From: Podarcis gaigeae
Lineage: Eukaryota
NCBI GenBank assembly: GCA_964106915.2
Contig: OZ066914.1
Length of the DNA stretch: 64,000 nt
Direction: 5' to 3' (one strand)
Positions within the stretch are counted from its first letter, which is position 1, and the number at the start of each line of letters is the position of its first letter. Position numbers and translations under genes: made by a program. The notes beneath the pieces are model-generated. The model searched no databases. It saw only the letters and a program-made list of their open reading frames with translations, and was not told where the DNA came from. This document shows, piece by piece, positions 40,608-50,800 of the stretch.

Positions 40608-43600
40608 CTTTTCCTCATTACTAGATTGGGAACCCGAGAGAGGGAGGATATCACCACCTGGCCTGCAGATCAAATGCAAGTATATGGAGGGTAGAGGAAT
40701 TCCCATGGCTTAGTGTCACTTCTTGGCTGCCCTTCTGAGAGAGGCAGAAAAGGAATTAGTTTCAGTGCACTGGTGTGTGATGTAAATGCCATGGGAAGTC
40801 CTGGCACCAGCAACTCTTGGCTTCCCGCAGGCTAAGGATTTGCAAAGATTTCTGTCTGCTAAATTGGTACTAGATTGGGTGCACAAGACCATAAGGTGGA
40901 AAGAGAGGTGGAATTCTGCAATTCTCTAATCTTGCACAGCTCCATTGTAGAATTCAGTATCCTGAGAATGTTCGCTTTAGTTTTAAAATACTCTGTTTCT
41001 ATCCACTCAGGCTGTGGGGATCTGTTTGAATGCATGTGGGCAATTATATGAGTGGCATTTTTATTCCACCTTGCATAGAAAGCTGTCTTATACCAAAACA
41101 CGGTGTTTTCCTGTGTAGCCTAGTATTACCTATTGTGATTTAACAGCTGAGATACCTCCCCTGCAATTGGATTCTTCTAGCTGGAGATGTCAGGAATTCA
41201 ACCAGAAATCACCTCTATGTGCTCCCACCACTGAGCTGTAGTTTCTCTAAGATGTTCAGGGCGGTGCTACCTTTATTGTCAGCACAATCCTCTGAGGCAG
41301 GCCCAGGGCCACACAGGAAGCTTCGTCACTAAGAGGAGATGTGAGCTTGGTTTTCCCTGGTCATAATTGAATACTGCTCAACTCTGCTATAGGTATAGCT
41401 CTCTCGAATGTGTAATCTTTCCCTCTGTTGTCTAGCAGAAGCGTAAAAAATGACACAAAATAAATTTGTTCCTGGTATATTTATATACAGTCAACTTTAT
41501 TTCATTTGCTCATACTTCTCCCAGCTTCTAGCAGAATTATGCTTTATTGAAATCGACATTGCACTAAAGCCTTGGGCGCATGGTTGAAAATAGCCTAAAG
41601 CAGTGTTTCCCAAATATGGGTCTCCAGCTGCTTTTAGACTACAACTCCCATCATCCCTGACCACTGGTCCTGCCTAGCTAGGAATGTTGGGAGTTGTAGT
41701 CCCAACAACAGCTGGAGACCCAAGTTTGAGAAGCACTGGCCTGCACCTTGGCTTTTTATTGCTAATGCAAAGGTTTGTTCGCTGGAGAATAGTGGCAAAG
41801 GTGGTATGATTTATATATATGAGATCTTAGAATTCCTGTGACATGCTCATAGTCAAACTTTTGGGTCTGGTTTGTTCAGGAGCATTCTTCTGTCTGGAAA
41901 GGTTCAGAACAGCCCTCTGAGAGCCCACAGTCCGGTGTTCCAGGAGTCGAGAGAGAGGCTGAAACTGATTCCTATCTCCAATGCCTTCATTCCGTAAGTC
42001 CTCTGGGAAGGGAGTATTCTTAAGGCAGGGAAACAGCAGGAAGATTGCATAGAGATTAAGTCTAGGAAAGAATAAAACAGCTCAGCATTTGAGTGGCTCA
42101 CTCAGTTAATCCTAGCAATTTCTAGCCAGGTTAGTCATTTTGCTTGTCTGCCAGAAACCCAGGAACAATTAGTATGGTTTATTTATTCACAGTCTAAACA
42201 ATCAATAGCAGAGGAACAGAACTCAACCTCTTAGTGGAGTGCTTCCTCTCGGACACTGTTGCGGTCCATCCAGCCCCATAACAGTGTTACCATCCTATTT
42301 ATAACAGAAATCAATACGAGAAATAATTTTTAAAGGCATTATAAATTCAGTTTTGCATTTCTTCACAGCCTTTTCAGTTGTGGCACCCAGAATTTGGAGC
42401 AACCTTCCATCACTGTATGCTTTAAGAAAAACAATGAAAATAGTTTTATTTCTGTGAGTTTTTTCTGGGAAATTGTTCTTTTTCATGGATTGCACCACAT
42501 CTACTGCTCTGAAATTTGATTGTAGCTACTCCTGGATTTTTGTTTATTAGCCACCTTTATGCAGAAAAGTGGATAAAAAGCCTTAGGAATAAAATAAAAT
42601 CTTAAACTTCCTCAGCTTTCTGAAGAAGACCAGTATTGTTTCAGCTGTAGCCCTGCACTATTTAGTAAAGGGCAATATCTAAAGATAAAAGATTGTGGTG
42701 GTGTGCTTCAGGGCGTATTAGAATTGCTTCATTCTAGCTGCATCATTGCTTACTTCCATGGAAACCAATATGCTAATGAAGAGTCTTCGTATCTTTACTA
42801 ATTGAGTTCTCTCATACATTCACTGAATACTCTTCTCATGGCTTATGGTTGGAATTATAACCAACTCTGCTGTGCCCCTAATTTGCTCATTTTTTTTTTG
42901 TTTTGTTTCTAAACCATTAGTCCTTTATTTAATAACATGGTCCTTGCTGAGTTTGCAAAAGGCAAAGGGTTCCACTCTGTACTCCCCTGTGATATACTGA
43001 GTGATACAAATTTTTACACCCTGTAAACCCAAAGAACGGTTACATCTGAGGTTTCACTGCTGGGAGGAAAAGAATCATTTGCACATAAGAAGGAATGAAA
43101 TGATTGAATGCAATGCGAGAGAATGTAAAAATACAGTATCAGTTATGACAGTTGTATGAAACCACGGCGATTATCAGTCTTTTCATGACTTCATATGTTA
43201 AATAGATCTCTGAAAGTATTGTTGCCATATAGATTGTCCTTTTTGCATGTGCCTGACAGTGGACAGAGCTTTTGGCATCCACTTATCTGGCCATTACTTG
43301 GATTCCTGTAAAGGAGTGTGTGCTGAATACTCTGCAATAATGTCTTTTTGCAGCCATCTGGCCACAGCACAATGCATTTTAGGGGGCTTGCCTGAGGCAG
43401 CAGGTGCTAAGATGCTGTCGTTCACATGACAAAAGACTTCAAAGGCACCCTTTGCTCCCAGGCAATAATCTTTTCTTTGCCATGAGGCACAGTGATCATT
43501 TGTCATGTCTTCAGATTGTTTGTGAAGAGCAACACTGGTTATTTTGCACATGCTGTGCATGATGGTGGACGTGTTTTCATCTTGCAGAAATGAATTAAAT

Positions 43601-46600
43601 GAGGATAATGCTGCCTCTAGCCCTGAGGATTCTTTGAGTCCTCCTAATCTGGCTCCTACAGAGGAGGCTGCTATTGTAAAGGTATGTTGTATCATTGTGG
43701 GGACTAGTGGGTTTTCCTGCGTGAGTCAGTTACAATTGCAGCATAGAAGAGTAGGGGCTGCATACAAAACACTTAGTTGTGCATTGAAACATGCAGCAAC
43801 ATTCCTTTTCTAACTGCAGCGTTTCTTGATTCACTCAGAGACTTTGGCTTTGTTCAGGTATACCACTAATCCATAGCTAAACATTACTGTGTGTATGAAC
43901 TGTATGCACTCCCCTTCTCGTCTCTCTCTTATTCAGGGAAAACCGCAAGAAGATTGGGTGCTTCTACTTCTGTTTCTAGCAGGGACGCGGGTGGCGCTGT
44001 GGGTAAAAGCCTCAGCGCCTAGGGCTTGCCAATCGAAAGGTCGGCGGTTTGAATCCCCGCGGCGGGGTGCGCTCCCGTTGCTCGGTCCCAGCGCCTGCCA
44101 ACCTAGCAGTTCGAAAGCACCCTCGGGTGCAAGTAGATAAATAGGGACCGCTTACTAGCGGGAAGGTAAACGGCGTTTCCGTGTGCAGCTCTGGCTCGCC
44201 AGAGCAGCGATGTCACGCTGGCCACGTGACCCGGAAGTGTCTCCGGACAGCCCTGGCCCCTGGCCTCTTAAGTGAGATGGGCGCACAACCCCAGAGTCTG
44301 TCAAGACTGGCCCGTACGGGCAGGGGTACCTTTACCTTACCTTTACTTCTGTTTCTAGCTAACTGCAATTTATTATGTATGAACTCTGGGACAAACCATG
44401 GTTCGTGTTATCTATGGTTTAACTTCAGATTGTAGCAATTTTGACTTACTTGTTTCAGTAAACCACAGCGCTAATCATCAAACTTCCAATCTCCTCCTCT
44501 TGGCTGTGCCAAGGGAAGCGGGTTCAAGCCCAAGGCTCATGCAAGAAACTCATAAAAACATAAGAAGAGCCTGCTGGATCAGACCGAAGTCCCATCTAGT
44601 CCAGCATTCTGTTCTTACAGTGGCCACCCATATGTGTATCAGCAGCCCACAAGCAGGAACGGAGCACAACAGCACTCTCTACACTTGCAATCCCCAGCAA
44701 AGAGAGGCATATTGTATTCTGACAGTGGAGGTGGAAACAATAGCTATTGTGGCTATTAACCACAATACCTTTATCCTCCACTGATTTACCAAAACGTTTT
44801 AAGCCATCCAAGTTGGTGGCCATCTCTTCCTCTTTTGGGAGCAGATTCCATAGTTTAGCTGTGCACTGCGTGATGTTTAAAATTACGGACAAACTAGGAT
44901 TTTGAAAGCCTTCCATAAATGTCACTATTCTCTCAAACTGAAGAGCTTGTGTATAGGAAACCTTCTTCACATGTGGTTTGAGCTTCCCATTGCATGCAGT
45001 TTAGGGTAGCAACAGTGGGATTCTTTGCTACTGTATTTTATTGTTTCAATGGCTTGTATACCAATGGCTTGTATACCAAACTAACATATAAGAGGAAAAG
45101 ATTCACAAACTTCATCCTCACAACTTGCAGCTTTTTCAAAAGTGGATGAAATAGTAGTGGGGGGGGACCAGCAGTTCCACCCGGTGACAGATTGTAATTT
45201 AATTAACTTGTGTTTTTCAGAACTCTCCAGAGGACCTAGAGATTTTGTTAACATCACAGGCAGAGAATCTAATTGACTTTACAGAAGCCATGCCTCGGGT
45301 AAGAGTGGAAATTAAATGGAACTCAATGATTTCATTGTGCTGTTGATAATTTTAGAAGGAAAACATGATTGATTTATGCTTCCATCATTTGCACACAAGG
45401 CATCTGTAGTTCCAGTTGATACTTGTCTAAGCTGGTTTCTCATGTAATAATTCTCTTCTAAGTGAGCCTTTGGGCTAGTTGAGTTACATTAGAATCCTGT
45501 ACTACATGTGCATGCAAGCAAAATTCTGGACTGCCTGCAAGTCCTGCCTAGGCAGTAATTTATTTTTCTGCCAGCCCATGACCCTCCTTTCTTACTGGTA
45601 TCTTTAAAACCTTCCTTGTGCCAAACAAGGATTTGACAGAACAAAATGCCTACACGTGGTGAATGTTAAGAGAGCCATTGAGAATTACATTACATGCAAA
45701 CCAATGGAAGGAATGAGTCCCACTGCAGCTGGGTGGTTTTGGAATAATTTTCTGATAAGAGCTTGCTTCATTTTAAGAAATCTGGTACAACTATTCTGTG
45801 ATTAGTACTTAGAATAGAACCCACTCTCCTGATTCTCCATGAGTGGAGAAACAAGCCACCTTTCTGCTCTCTTGGCTTCCCTGGGCTCCTTTGGAGAATA
45901 GGGTGCCACCATTCACTCATTCATTCATTCATTCATTTCCTTTTCCACCATGGATTCCACCATGGTTAGTCTCTTCAACCTCAGTGATATATAGAGAACA
46001 CGGCTACCTCTTGGGATAGCCTTTCTTCTAGACCTAGGCGTTTTGAGGAGGGGGTACCAGTGATACTGCCTGTGCTGCTGTTCAGCTATGTGATCTCTTT
46101 GATGTAATGAGGTGATATAAGAGAGGGGAGAGCAGTGGAGAGCCTCAGGAGAGCAATAGCCAAACACTTCCTATGTCTTTCTGTATTTCTAATATCATTT
46201 TTGCTTCTGGGTTTTAGGTGTCTTCACCACCAACAGTTTTGCCCAGGTGGTTGGTGCCAGTAAGTATATTCACTAATTCTTAAAAGTGACATATATGCTT
46301 TTAGTTTTAAGCATGCATTCAGGTGATTGTTTTAAAAATAACTCACGTCTAACCAATAGTAACAGTAACTGAACAGTATATTTTAACCTGAATCGTGGAA
46401 GTCCCTTTTAAAAAAAGAAAAGGCTTTACTATGGTTCTGTGCAATAAATTTCTCAAAACCCATCACTTATATTGCATAGCACTGAAGAGTAAAAACTGCT
46501 TTTGCCATTCTCGTTTCATCAGTGTTTCCTTTTAGTGTTTGTGACAGTTATGGTGCCTTGGGAGCCTAGCTCTACTCCAAAGCAGCTGTGCTGTCTCTAT

Positions 46601-47836
46601 ATTCAGGGTTTTCCTTCTAAAGTAGATGCTAGGGCAGTGGCAGGCAAGAGACAGGGACATTTCATCATCATGAGAGGACAACATCTGATGATATGGGCAG
46701 CTCCTCTTACTCATCTTCACGATGCTGTCTTCTTCAGTGACCAGAAATAACCCTTCCTGGCAAGTTCAGTATTTCCTTCCCCTGCCCTCCACCCTTGCAA
46801 ATTGCCTCCATGACTTTTGTCATCCAGAGTTTGGAAATAAGCTCAGCTGGGAAAACAAAAACAAGGTTGGGGCACTTAGCCTTCTTCTAGCCCATCGGTT
46901 CACCTCTGTAAGCATCTCCTTGTAACTGCAGTATCTTGACAAACACATTTTTGGGACCATGTACTTGAGGGAATACATGGACCAGGTTGCTTTGTGTGAC
47001 TTTACTGACCTTCCTTTGGTTTTTGTTCTGTAGAGCGGACTGGTTTCCAATGGGCCTTTAGGGAATGATGTTGCCTTAGCTCTTAAGGCAGTGAAAGGCA
47101 GCACTGAGGCACTGACCATCTCTGCTGGCTCCCCACCTCCACTTTACTCGCCCGAAATCATGCCCAGGTAAGTCTTTTCTCCTTGCTCCTACATTGGGTT
47201 AATGGAATGCTATGCTACTTGAATTCTAATTTGAATTTTATTTTATTCCATGTTGGGGGGGTTACTAGTCCAGTTCTCCTATTAAGCACTGGGAAGCACA
47301 ATAATATGTTGCAATTCACTATTCTTTTACCAAGCGACTTTTACCAGTGGCTTTCTGTCAGTCTTTGGGGCTCAAATTTGTCAGTCTATGTAACTGCTAC
47401 TGCATTTCAAAGAAATGCATGTACTACTGGGGCATTTTGTCAGAAGTGAGCATTGTAGGCATTTTGCTTATCAGCATATGCACTTCACTGCAGATACTAG
47501 TAAAGTTTCATCAATCTTGGCTGTATGTAGCAAAGATGATTCTACTCATAGCGGACAGCTCTTAATTTGATCATTACAATATTTACCCTTGGTGTTTCCC
47601 ATGTAAAATAACACTGCATTGGCTCTGATAGATATGAATTACCTTACCTCGTTTGGAATTGTTTCCTCTCCCATCAGATTATTGAATTGGCTGAGTTCAT
47701 TCAGTTGCAGGACCCCTCTTCTGAGTAGGACCCTCCCCTTAAATCTCCCACACATATTATGTGTTGCTTTCATTTCAGCCCTGCTGCAGAAGATGTTACA
47801 ACAAGGCCGAAATGTTTACTTACCACTGAACTCTGA
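4163..47836 (+). CDS. EPB41L5: EPB41L5 (band 4.1-like protein 5, FERM + FA domain), long isoform, 5'-partial. join(4163..4267,8875..8917,10655..10733,11609..11653,12388..12440,15248..15368,15893..15980,16865..16953,17567..17636,19068..19237,20419..20525,21393..21420,22706..22748,23016..23131,33748..33920,34312..34400,38644..38772,39897..39958,43588..43681,45221..45298,46218..46259,47034..47167,47779..47836)
   Basis: The spliced translation [39 protein letters not shown]...[27 protein letters not shown]...KCLLTTEL* matches EPB41L5 rather than paralog EPB41L4B (e.g. [37 protein letters not shown]). All introns are GT-AG, phases are consistent, and the exons sum to 2016 nt = 671 aa + stop. Confidence 0.97.
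4857..5083. mobile_element. hAT non-autonomous DNA transposon
   Basis: TIRs caggggtg..cacccctg; perfect 8-bp TSD CTTTAAGG (4849-4856 / 5084-5091). Confidence 0.85.
8875..8917 (+). CDS. EPB41L5: EPB41L5 exon: [14 protein letters not shown]
   Basis: tttcag|CAC...AAA A|gtaagt; 43 nt. Confidence 0.96.
9225..10003 (-). mobile_element. LTR (765 bp, 9225-9989) of an LTR retrotransposon/ERV with adjacent polypurine tract
   Basis: TGTGG...CCACA termini; AATAAA on the minus strand at 9311-9316; purine tract GAGAGGGGAGTGG (minus strand) abutting the LTR start; sharp GC/CpG-rich block in an AT-rich intron. Confidence 0.75.
10655..10733 (+). CDS. EPB41L5: EPB41L5 exon: (I)[25 protein letters not shown](R)
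   Basis: ttgtag|TT...ACC AG|gtacgt; 79 nt. Confidence 0.96.
11609..11653 (+). CDS. EPB41L5: EPB41L5 exon: [14 protein letters not shown](K)
   Basis: aaatag|A...GGC AA|gtaagt; 45 nt. Confidence 0.96.
11918..11967. mobile_element. Minimal 50-bp hAT-Charlie-type MITE
   Basis: TIRs CAGTGGTTCTCAAA / TTTGAGAACCACTG; TSD acctaaag/gcctaaag. Confidence 0.8.
12388..12440 (+). CDS. EPB41L5: EPB41L5 exon: [17 protein letters not shown]
   Basis: ttgcag|G...CAA G|gtgagc; 53 nt. Confidence 0.96.
13047..13095. repeat. (TG)n(TGCG)n compound microsatellite
   Basis: Direct reading. Confidence 0.95.
13491..13755 (+). mobile_element. Sauria SINE, older and 3'-truncated
   Basis: Diverged match to the copies at 43981 and 53424 (gtgcaagtagataaatagg, gttcgaatcc B-box). 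Confidence 0.8.
15248..15368 (+). CDS. EPB41L5: EPB41L5 exon: (A)[39 protein letters not shown](R)
   Basis: ttccag|CT...TAC AG|gtaaaa; 121 nt. Confidence 0.96.
15893..15980 (+). CDS. EPB41L5: EPB41L5 exon: [29 protein letters not shown]
   Basis: tttcag|G...AAG|gtaagt; 88 nt; FERM LEMYGVD motif. Confidence 0.96.
16865..16953 (+). CDS. EPB41L5: EPB41L5 exon: [29 protein letters not shown](W)
   Basis: tcttag|GCA...TTC TG|gtaagc; 89 nt. Confidence 0.96.
17567..17636 (+). CDS. EPB41L5: EPB41L5 exon: [23 protein letters not shown]
   Basis: ttgcag|G...CAG|gtagaa; 70 nt. Confidence 0.96.
19068..19237 (+). CDS. EPB41L5: EPB41L5 exon: [56 protein letters not shown](S)
   Basis: ccctaag|GGC...TAC AG|gtcagc; 170 nt; end of the FERM domain and start of the FA domain; inside ORF 19041..19274. 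Confidence 0.96.
20419..20525 (+). CDS. EPB41L5: EPB41L5 exon (FA domain): [35 protein letters not shown]
   Basis: acctag|T...AGA G|gtagct; 107 nt. Confidence 0.95.
21393..21420 (+). CDS. EPB41L5: EPB41L5 micro-exon: (G)NTHKSEET(S)
   Basis: ttacag|GA...ACT AG|gtaaga; 28 nt; needed to keep phase between its neighbours. Confidence 0.88.
22706..22748 (+). CDS. EPB41L5: EPB41L5 exon: [14 protein letters not shown]
   Basis: tttcag|C...CAA|gtaagt; 43 nt; resembles human VHNNVSTQSNGSQQ. Confidence 0.93.
23016..23131 (+). CDS. EPB41L5: EPB41L5 last common exon: [38 protein letters not shown](C/W)
   Basis: tttcaag|AAC...AAA TG|gtgcgt; 116 nt; VEIENLPxSPGT motif. Confidence 0.94.
23595..23646. repeat. 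26-bp perfect tandem duplication
   Basis: CATTTAAATTCCTTTTCCTGGCTATC x2. Confidence 0.9.
28871..28877 (+). promoter_or_regulatory. Consensus branch point TACTAAC for the short-isoform terminal exon
   Basis: Exact TACTAAC about 33 nt upstream of the acceptor AG at 28908-28909, with no other AG in between. Confidence 0.75.
28910..29096 (+). CDS. EPB41L5: EPB41L5 alternative terminal exon (short isoform): (W)[61 protein letters not shown]
   Basis: Phase-2 acceptor atccag|G, with a perfect TACTAAC branch point at 28871-28877. DCCQRGG and DFV..NVKNAG match the C-terminus of the human short isoform as I recall it. Stop TAG at 29094-29096, AATAAA at 29541. Confidence 0.9.
29541..29546 (+). terminator. 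Candidate poly(A) signal of the EPB41L5 short isoform
   Basis: AATAAA about 445 nt after the short-isoform stop; ATTAAA just upstream; GT-rich sequence downstream. Confidence 0.55.
33748..33920 (+). CDS. EPB41L5: EPB41L5 long-isoform exon: (C)[57 protein letters not shown]
   Basis: atgtag|T...GTT G|gtaagg; 173 nt; resembles human CIPLNIDLLNSPDLLE. Confidence 0.9.
34312..34400 (+). CDS. EPB41L5: EPB41L5 exon: (G)[29 protein letters not shown]
   Basis: gagcag|GT...CAG|gtactg; 89 nt; resembles human KLKQLEMENSPLL..NINSQ. Confidence 0.9.
34844..35227 (-). mobile_element. 5'-truncated L1-clade LINE: ORF2 C-terminus, 3'UTR and poly(A)
   Basis: 16-bp TSD CATGTTCTCTAAAATA (34828-34843 / 35228-35243); poly(A) tail with AATAAA on the minus strand; remnant [27 protein letters not shown]. 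Confidence 0.82.
38041..38250 (-). mobile_element. tRNA-derived MIR/Squam3-like SINE
   Basis: Core gactggcccaagatcacccagtgag..ctctaaccacta, similar to the copy at 55067-55300. Confidence 0.7.
38644..38772 (+). CDS. EPB41L5: EPB41L5 exon: [43 protein letters not shown]
   Basis: ttgtag|CAG GAG...AAG|gtaagt; 129 nt (alternative start at 38647 via a tandem acceptor). Confidence 0.93.
39897..39958 (+). CDS. EPB41L5: EPB41L5 exon: [20 protein letters not shown](R)
   Basis: tttcag|GTC...GGC AG|gtatag; 62 nt. Confidence 0.92.
40089..40441 (+). mobile_element. Sauria SINE
   Basis: tRNA-like head with GGTTCGAATCC B-box; (ACCTTT)n tail; near-identical to the 43981 copy. Confidence 0.92.
40554..40604. 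repeat. (AG)n microsatellite
   Basis: About 25 AG units. Confidence 0.95.
41601..41738. mobile_element. Palindromic hAT MITE (gactacaactccc family)
   Basis: TIRs cagtgtttcccaaa / tttgagaagcactg with long internal IR (gggtctccagctg / cagctggagaccc; gactacaactccc / gggagttgtagtc). Degenerate relatives near 24530, 32270, 50570 and 55435. Confidence 0.8.
42365..42600 (+). mobile_element. Degenerate L2-like LINE 3' end
   Basis: gccttttcagttgtggcacccagaatttggagcaaccttcc ([12 protein letters not shown]-like ORF2 end) followed by an AATAA-rich tail; approximate boundaries. Confidence 0.5.
43588..43681 (+). CDS. EPB41L5: EPB41L5 exon: [31 protein letters not shown]
   Basis: ttgcag|A...AAG|gtatgt; 94 nt. 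Confidence 0.88.
43981..44343 (+). mobile_element. Sauria SINE, full length and young
   Basis: GGGACGCGGGTGGCGCTGTGG head; ACCTTT tail; 16-bp TSD TACTTCTGTTTCTAGC (43965-43980 / 44344-44359). Confidence 0.95.
44550..44875 (-). mobile_element. CR1 LINE 3' fragment
   Basis: Minus-strand peptide [26 protein letters not shown] resembles the CR1 ORF2 C-terminus; typical CR1 3'UTR (gactagatggg..ctgatccagcaggctcttcttatgt). Confidence 0.8.
45221..45298 (+). CDS. EPB41L5: EPB41L5 exon: [26 protein letters not shown]
   Basis: tttcag|AAC...CGG|gtaaga; 78 nt; ENLID motif. Confidence 0.92.
45911..45937. repeat. (TTCA)n microsatellite
   Basis: attcactcattcattcattcattcatt. Confidence 0.8.
46218..46259 (+). 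CDS. EPB41L5: EPB41L5 exon: [14 protein letters not shown]
   Basis: ttttag|GTG...CCA|gtaagt; 42 nt; resembles human VSSTSMITPRWIVP. Confidence 0.92.
47034..47167 (+). CDS. EPB41L5: EPB41L5 exon: [44 protein letters not shown](S)
   Basis: ctgtag|AGC...CCC AG|gtaagt; 134 nt. Confidence 0.9.
47779..47836 (+). CDS. EPB41L5: EPB41L5 terminal coding exon (long isoform): [18 protein letters not shown]
   Basis: tttcag|C...CTC TGA; conserved KCLLTTEL C-terminus. Confidence 0.95.
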
Positions 47837-50800
47837 GCTTTGACAGAGTCTCATCTTCCTAGCATCTGCAACGTGCTCCTGGAATGGACTTAACCTGGAA
47901 TTGACCCATGCTCAGACCATGGTTAAAGCAAAATGCCTGGCAGTTTTACTGTGGATTCATGCAACTGGAAATCTAGTATGAAGAGCTGCTGGGAAGCCTG
48001 AGCACCTTTTGTAAAGTGCACTGGAACACATTCTGACGCGTAATGAAATCTGCAAGGTTTCCATCCATAGCAGTGCTTTTGTCTATAAAGCTCTTTGCTG
48101 CTTTAGGGGTGTAAATAAAGTCATCACTGTGATGAACGAGTTAGTAATGGGGAGGATAGGAACTTCTAAGGCCACCTGCTGGTTGTTGCTATAAAAAGCA
48201 AGTAGTGCTAATGGTGTTTTTATAGAGCAAGCTCTTCTTTCTTAACGTCTCCTTTGAATCTTCTTTTGTACTGATATCTGTCAAATGTTCTTGGCCTTAA
48301 TCCACTTTCTAGACTTTGCACTTTTGCTCACCATGTATGAAAGAAACTGAATATGCAGCACCTCGATAGGTTACCCAACTGGCAGGTTCTGCTCTCTCTA
48401 GTCAAAGAGGCAAAGCAATTTTCTACCAAACACTTTTAGGCTACCATAGTGTGTGAGTGTAACTGTTCCACATTTTGTCCCATTCTCTATAACATGTGTC
48501 TAGAATACTGCTAGTATGTAAACTTCTGCTGAAGAAGAGCTTCAGAATGGAAAGGCATGTTCCCTTGCAGCTTTTCACTGGCTTCTGTTTGGAAAGTTCC
48601 TTCCAACGAAACTGAAAATTGTTTTAAGGTATGTTCTATGAACTTGTCAATAGCTGATTTCTGTACTATAAGTACAGACTAATTAGAATTACTGCCTTTT
48701 TCCTCTGTTCCACTACAATTTTTTTCTTCAAATGAGGTTGCAATTGGCAGGTTTTACATCTTGATTTTCTAGTCTTGTTCAGACACATTCCAGTAGTTCA
48801 CCTATCTTCTTCAAATTAGACCAGTGACTGGACATTTAGTGAAAGAGTCTCCCTCAGTATATTGAAGTGCTAATAGTTTTGGACCAGTGGGGAAATCTTT
48901 TTCTACTACAAACTCAGGGAAATTGCTGTTCATTGGTGGAACTACGTGAATCCCAAGTTTAACTCATGCTTAGCATTTTTTTTGTTTTGTTTGTGGACCA
49001 GTTTCTCCATGGGCATTGAGAGTCAACAATAAAACTTGGTAGGACACAGTTATTGGTTAGGACACAATTCTATTGTTAATGTTCAAAAAATAACTTTATT
49101 CTTTTGGTTTTCAAAAAAGACAAAAAATGTAGAAATGTGATCATCTTTATCTTCCCAAAATGGCTCTCAACTTGCTGCCCAGTTGGAAGGGTAGGTTAAA
49201 AGAATTGGAGCAAGTTCTCTTAAACTTGATTTATTTAGTGTTGTATCTGTTTCAAGAAGCAATTTTTATGGTGCAAGAAACCTTCCTTGTTTTGGGGGTG
49301 GGTTGACACAGGCTAATGAACCAATACACTATGAACAGCTTGATCACCCTTCCCTTTCCCCATTCTTTACTTGTTAATTGCTGCTTTTGAAATAAGAGCA
49401 GTTGCAATGCTTTTTATGTGTAGCATTGTGAGGACCAAGTTTCATGTTTAAAGTAGGCTCTGAGTGTAGATCTGAACATTTCACCTTTACCAGTAGCTGA
49501 ACTCCTATGTGCAAGATGCATCAGATTAGCATTTGCCTTTGAGATATCCTTCATGACTATCAGCAAACTGGAGAGGAAACTGCCTAAACTATTTCAAACA
49601 ATCTGGAGGTAAAATCCAAATCACCTCATGAGTTTTATCAGTAATTTTAACAGAAGAGTGTATTTTAGATGCTACAGTAATTATTTTTTAATATACCCCC
49701 GATTACAAGAGAGTGGAAGTAGAAGAAAGGTTAATCAACGGTTTGCTATCTAGAATGTTAGTGAAACTTCATTGAGTTTCCTAGATTGCAGGTATAGCTA
49801 GTTTCTAAAATGTTGCATGTTAGGGTTGTTAGAGAATGATTACTTAACAACAAAATTTATGTTACTCTGTGTGATTTAGAGTCCTATGCAAGCCAAGCCA
49901 AAAACAAAGGAAAAATGGAGAGATGCTCAGATGTAAGAAATTGTTCTCATTTCCACTACTGTAAAATTCTGAGTCACTAGAAAGTCTTAGACTGCAATAT
50001 TGCTGACCACTATAGCTATCAAATGTATTTTAAAAAAATATATAGCCAAAATTGATTATTCATTTGACTGATGGAGGAATACTGTGCAAGACACAGATCT
50101 CATGATCTATATTTATATTTTATTTAACGGTGAACCTACATGTCTTGCAAAGTAGACAGTCTTTTTCCTAGAAACAAATGCCTATTCCTGTTCACAGTAA
50201 GAAACTGGGTGTGGTATATAGCCCTTGTTATTGCCATGCAGTTCATGATGAGATGTCATCAGTATTCAATGGTTGCGTTGTACAAAAGAAATAATGCTTA
50301 TTGTGTCATGCAAACACTGTCATATGAAAGGTGCAGTTATCACAGAGGTAACTCAGTCTTTCATAAATGCAATATGTGTCAGTGGAGATAAGCAGTAAAG
50401 TTGCTCACCTGAGCATTTGGCTATAAGACACTGGCTTTAGGGGTTAATTAATTAAGGTTGACGGCATATTTGCAGATTACTGTTACCTGATGTTAGAAGG
50501 ATTGTGCTGGTTGAGAGCAACCACCATATTGAGAAATGCTTGGAAAGTAGCTTTTGTTCTGCCTATTGCAGGGGTGTGGAACCTGGTGCCCTTTAGATGT
50601 TGCTGGACTACAAGTGAGACATCTGAAGAGCCACAAATTCCGCAACCCTGGCCCAATGCATGTAGAATTGTACTTTTGTTTACAGCAACTGCTCATAAAC
50701 TAGTTTATGGGCTGACCATGCTTAGAGTTCATACATGTACCAAATGACAATCCTATCTACATGCTAAAGGAATAAGTGCCAGGCTTGGCCTCCAGCTCCC

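Noticed and set aside
43981-44060. tRNA genes (A/B boxes here and at about 40090, 53670 and 55250)
   Set aside because: These are tRNA-derived SINE heads followed by SINE bodies and tails, with no complete cloverleaf.
39974-44435. Near-identical ORFs 39974..40237 and 43889..44140 (ALWVKAS..PPGASR) as duplicated genes
   Set aside because: Both are translations of Sauria SINE copies.
4163-47836. Assignment to paralog EPB41L4B
   Set aside because: Diagnostic residues ([44 protein letters not shown]) follow EPB41L5.
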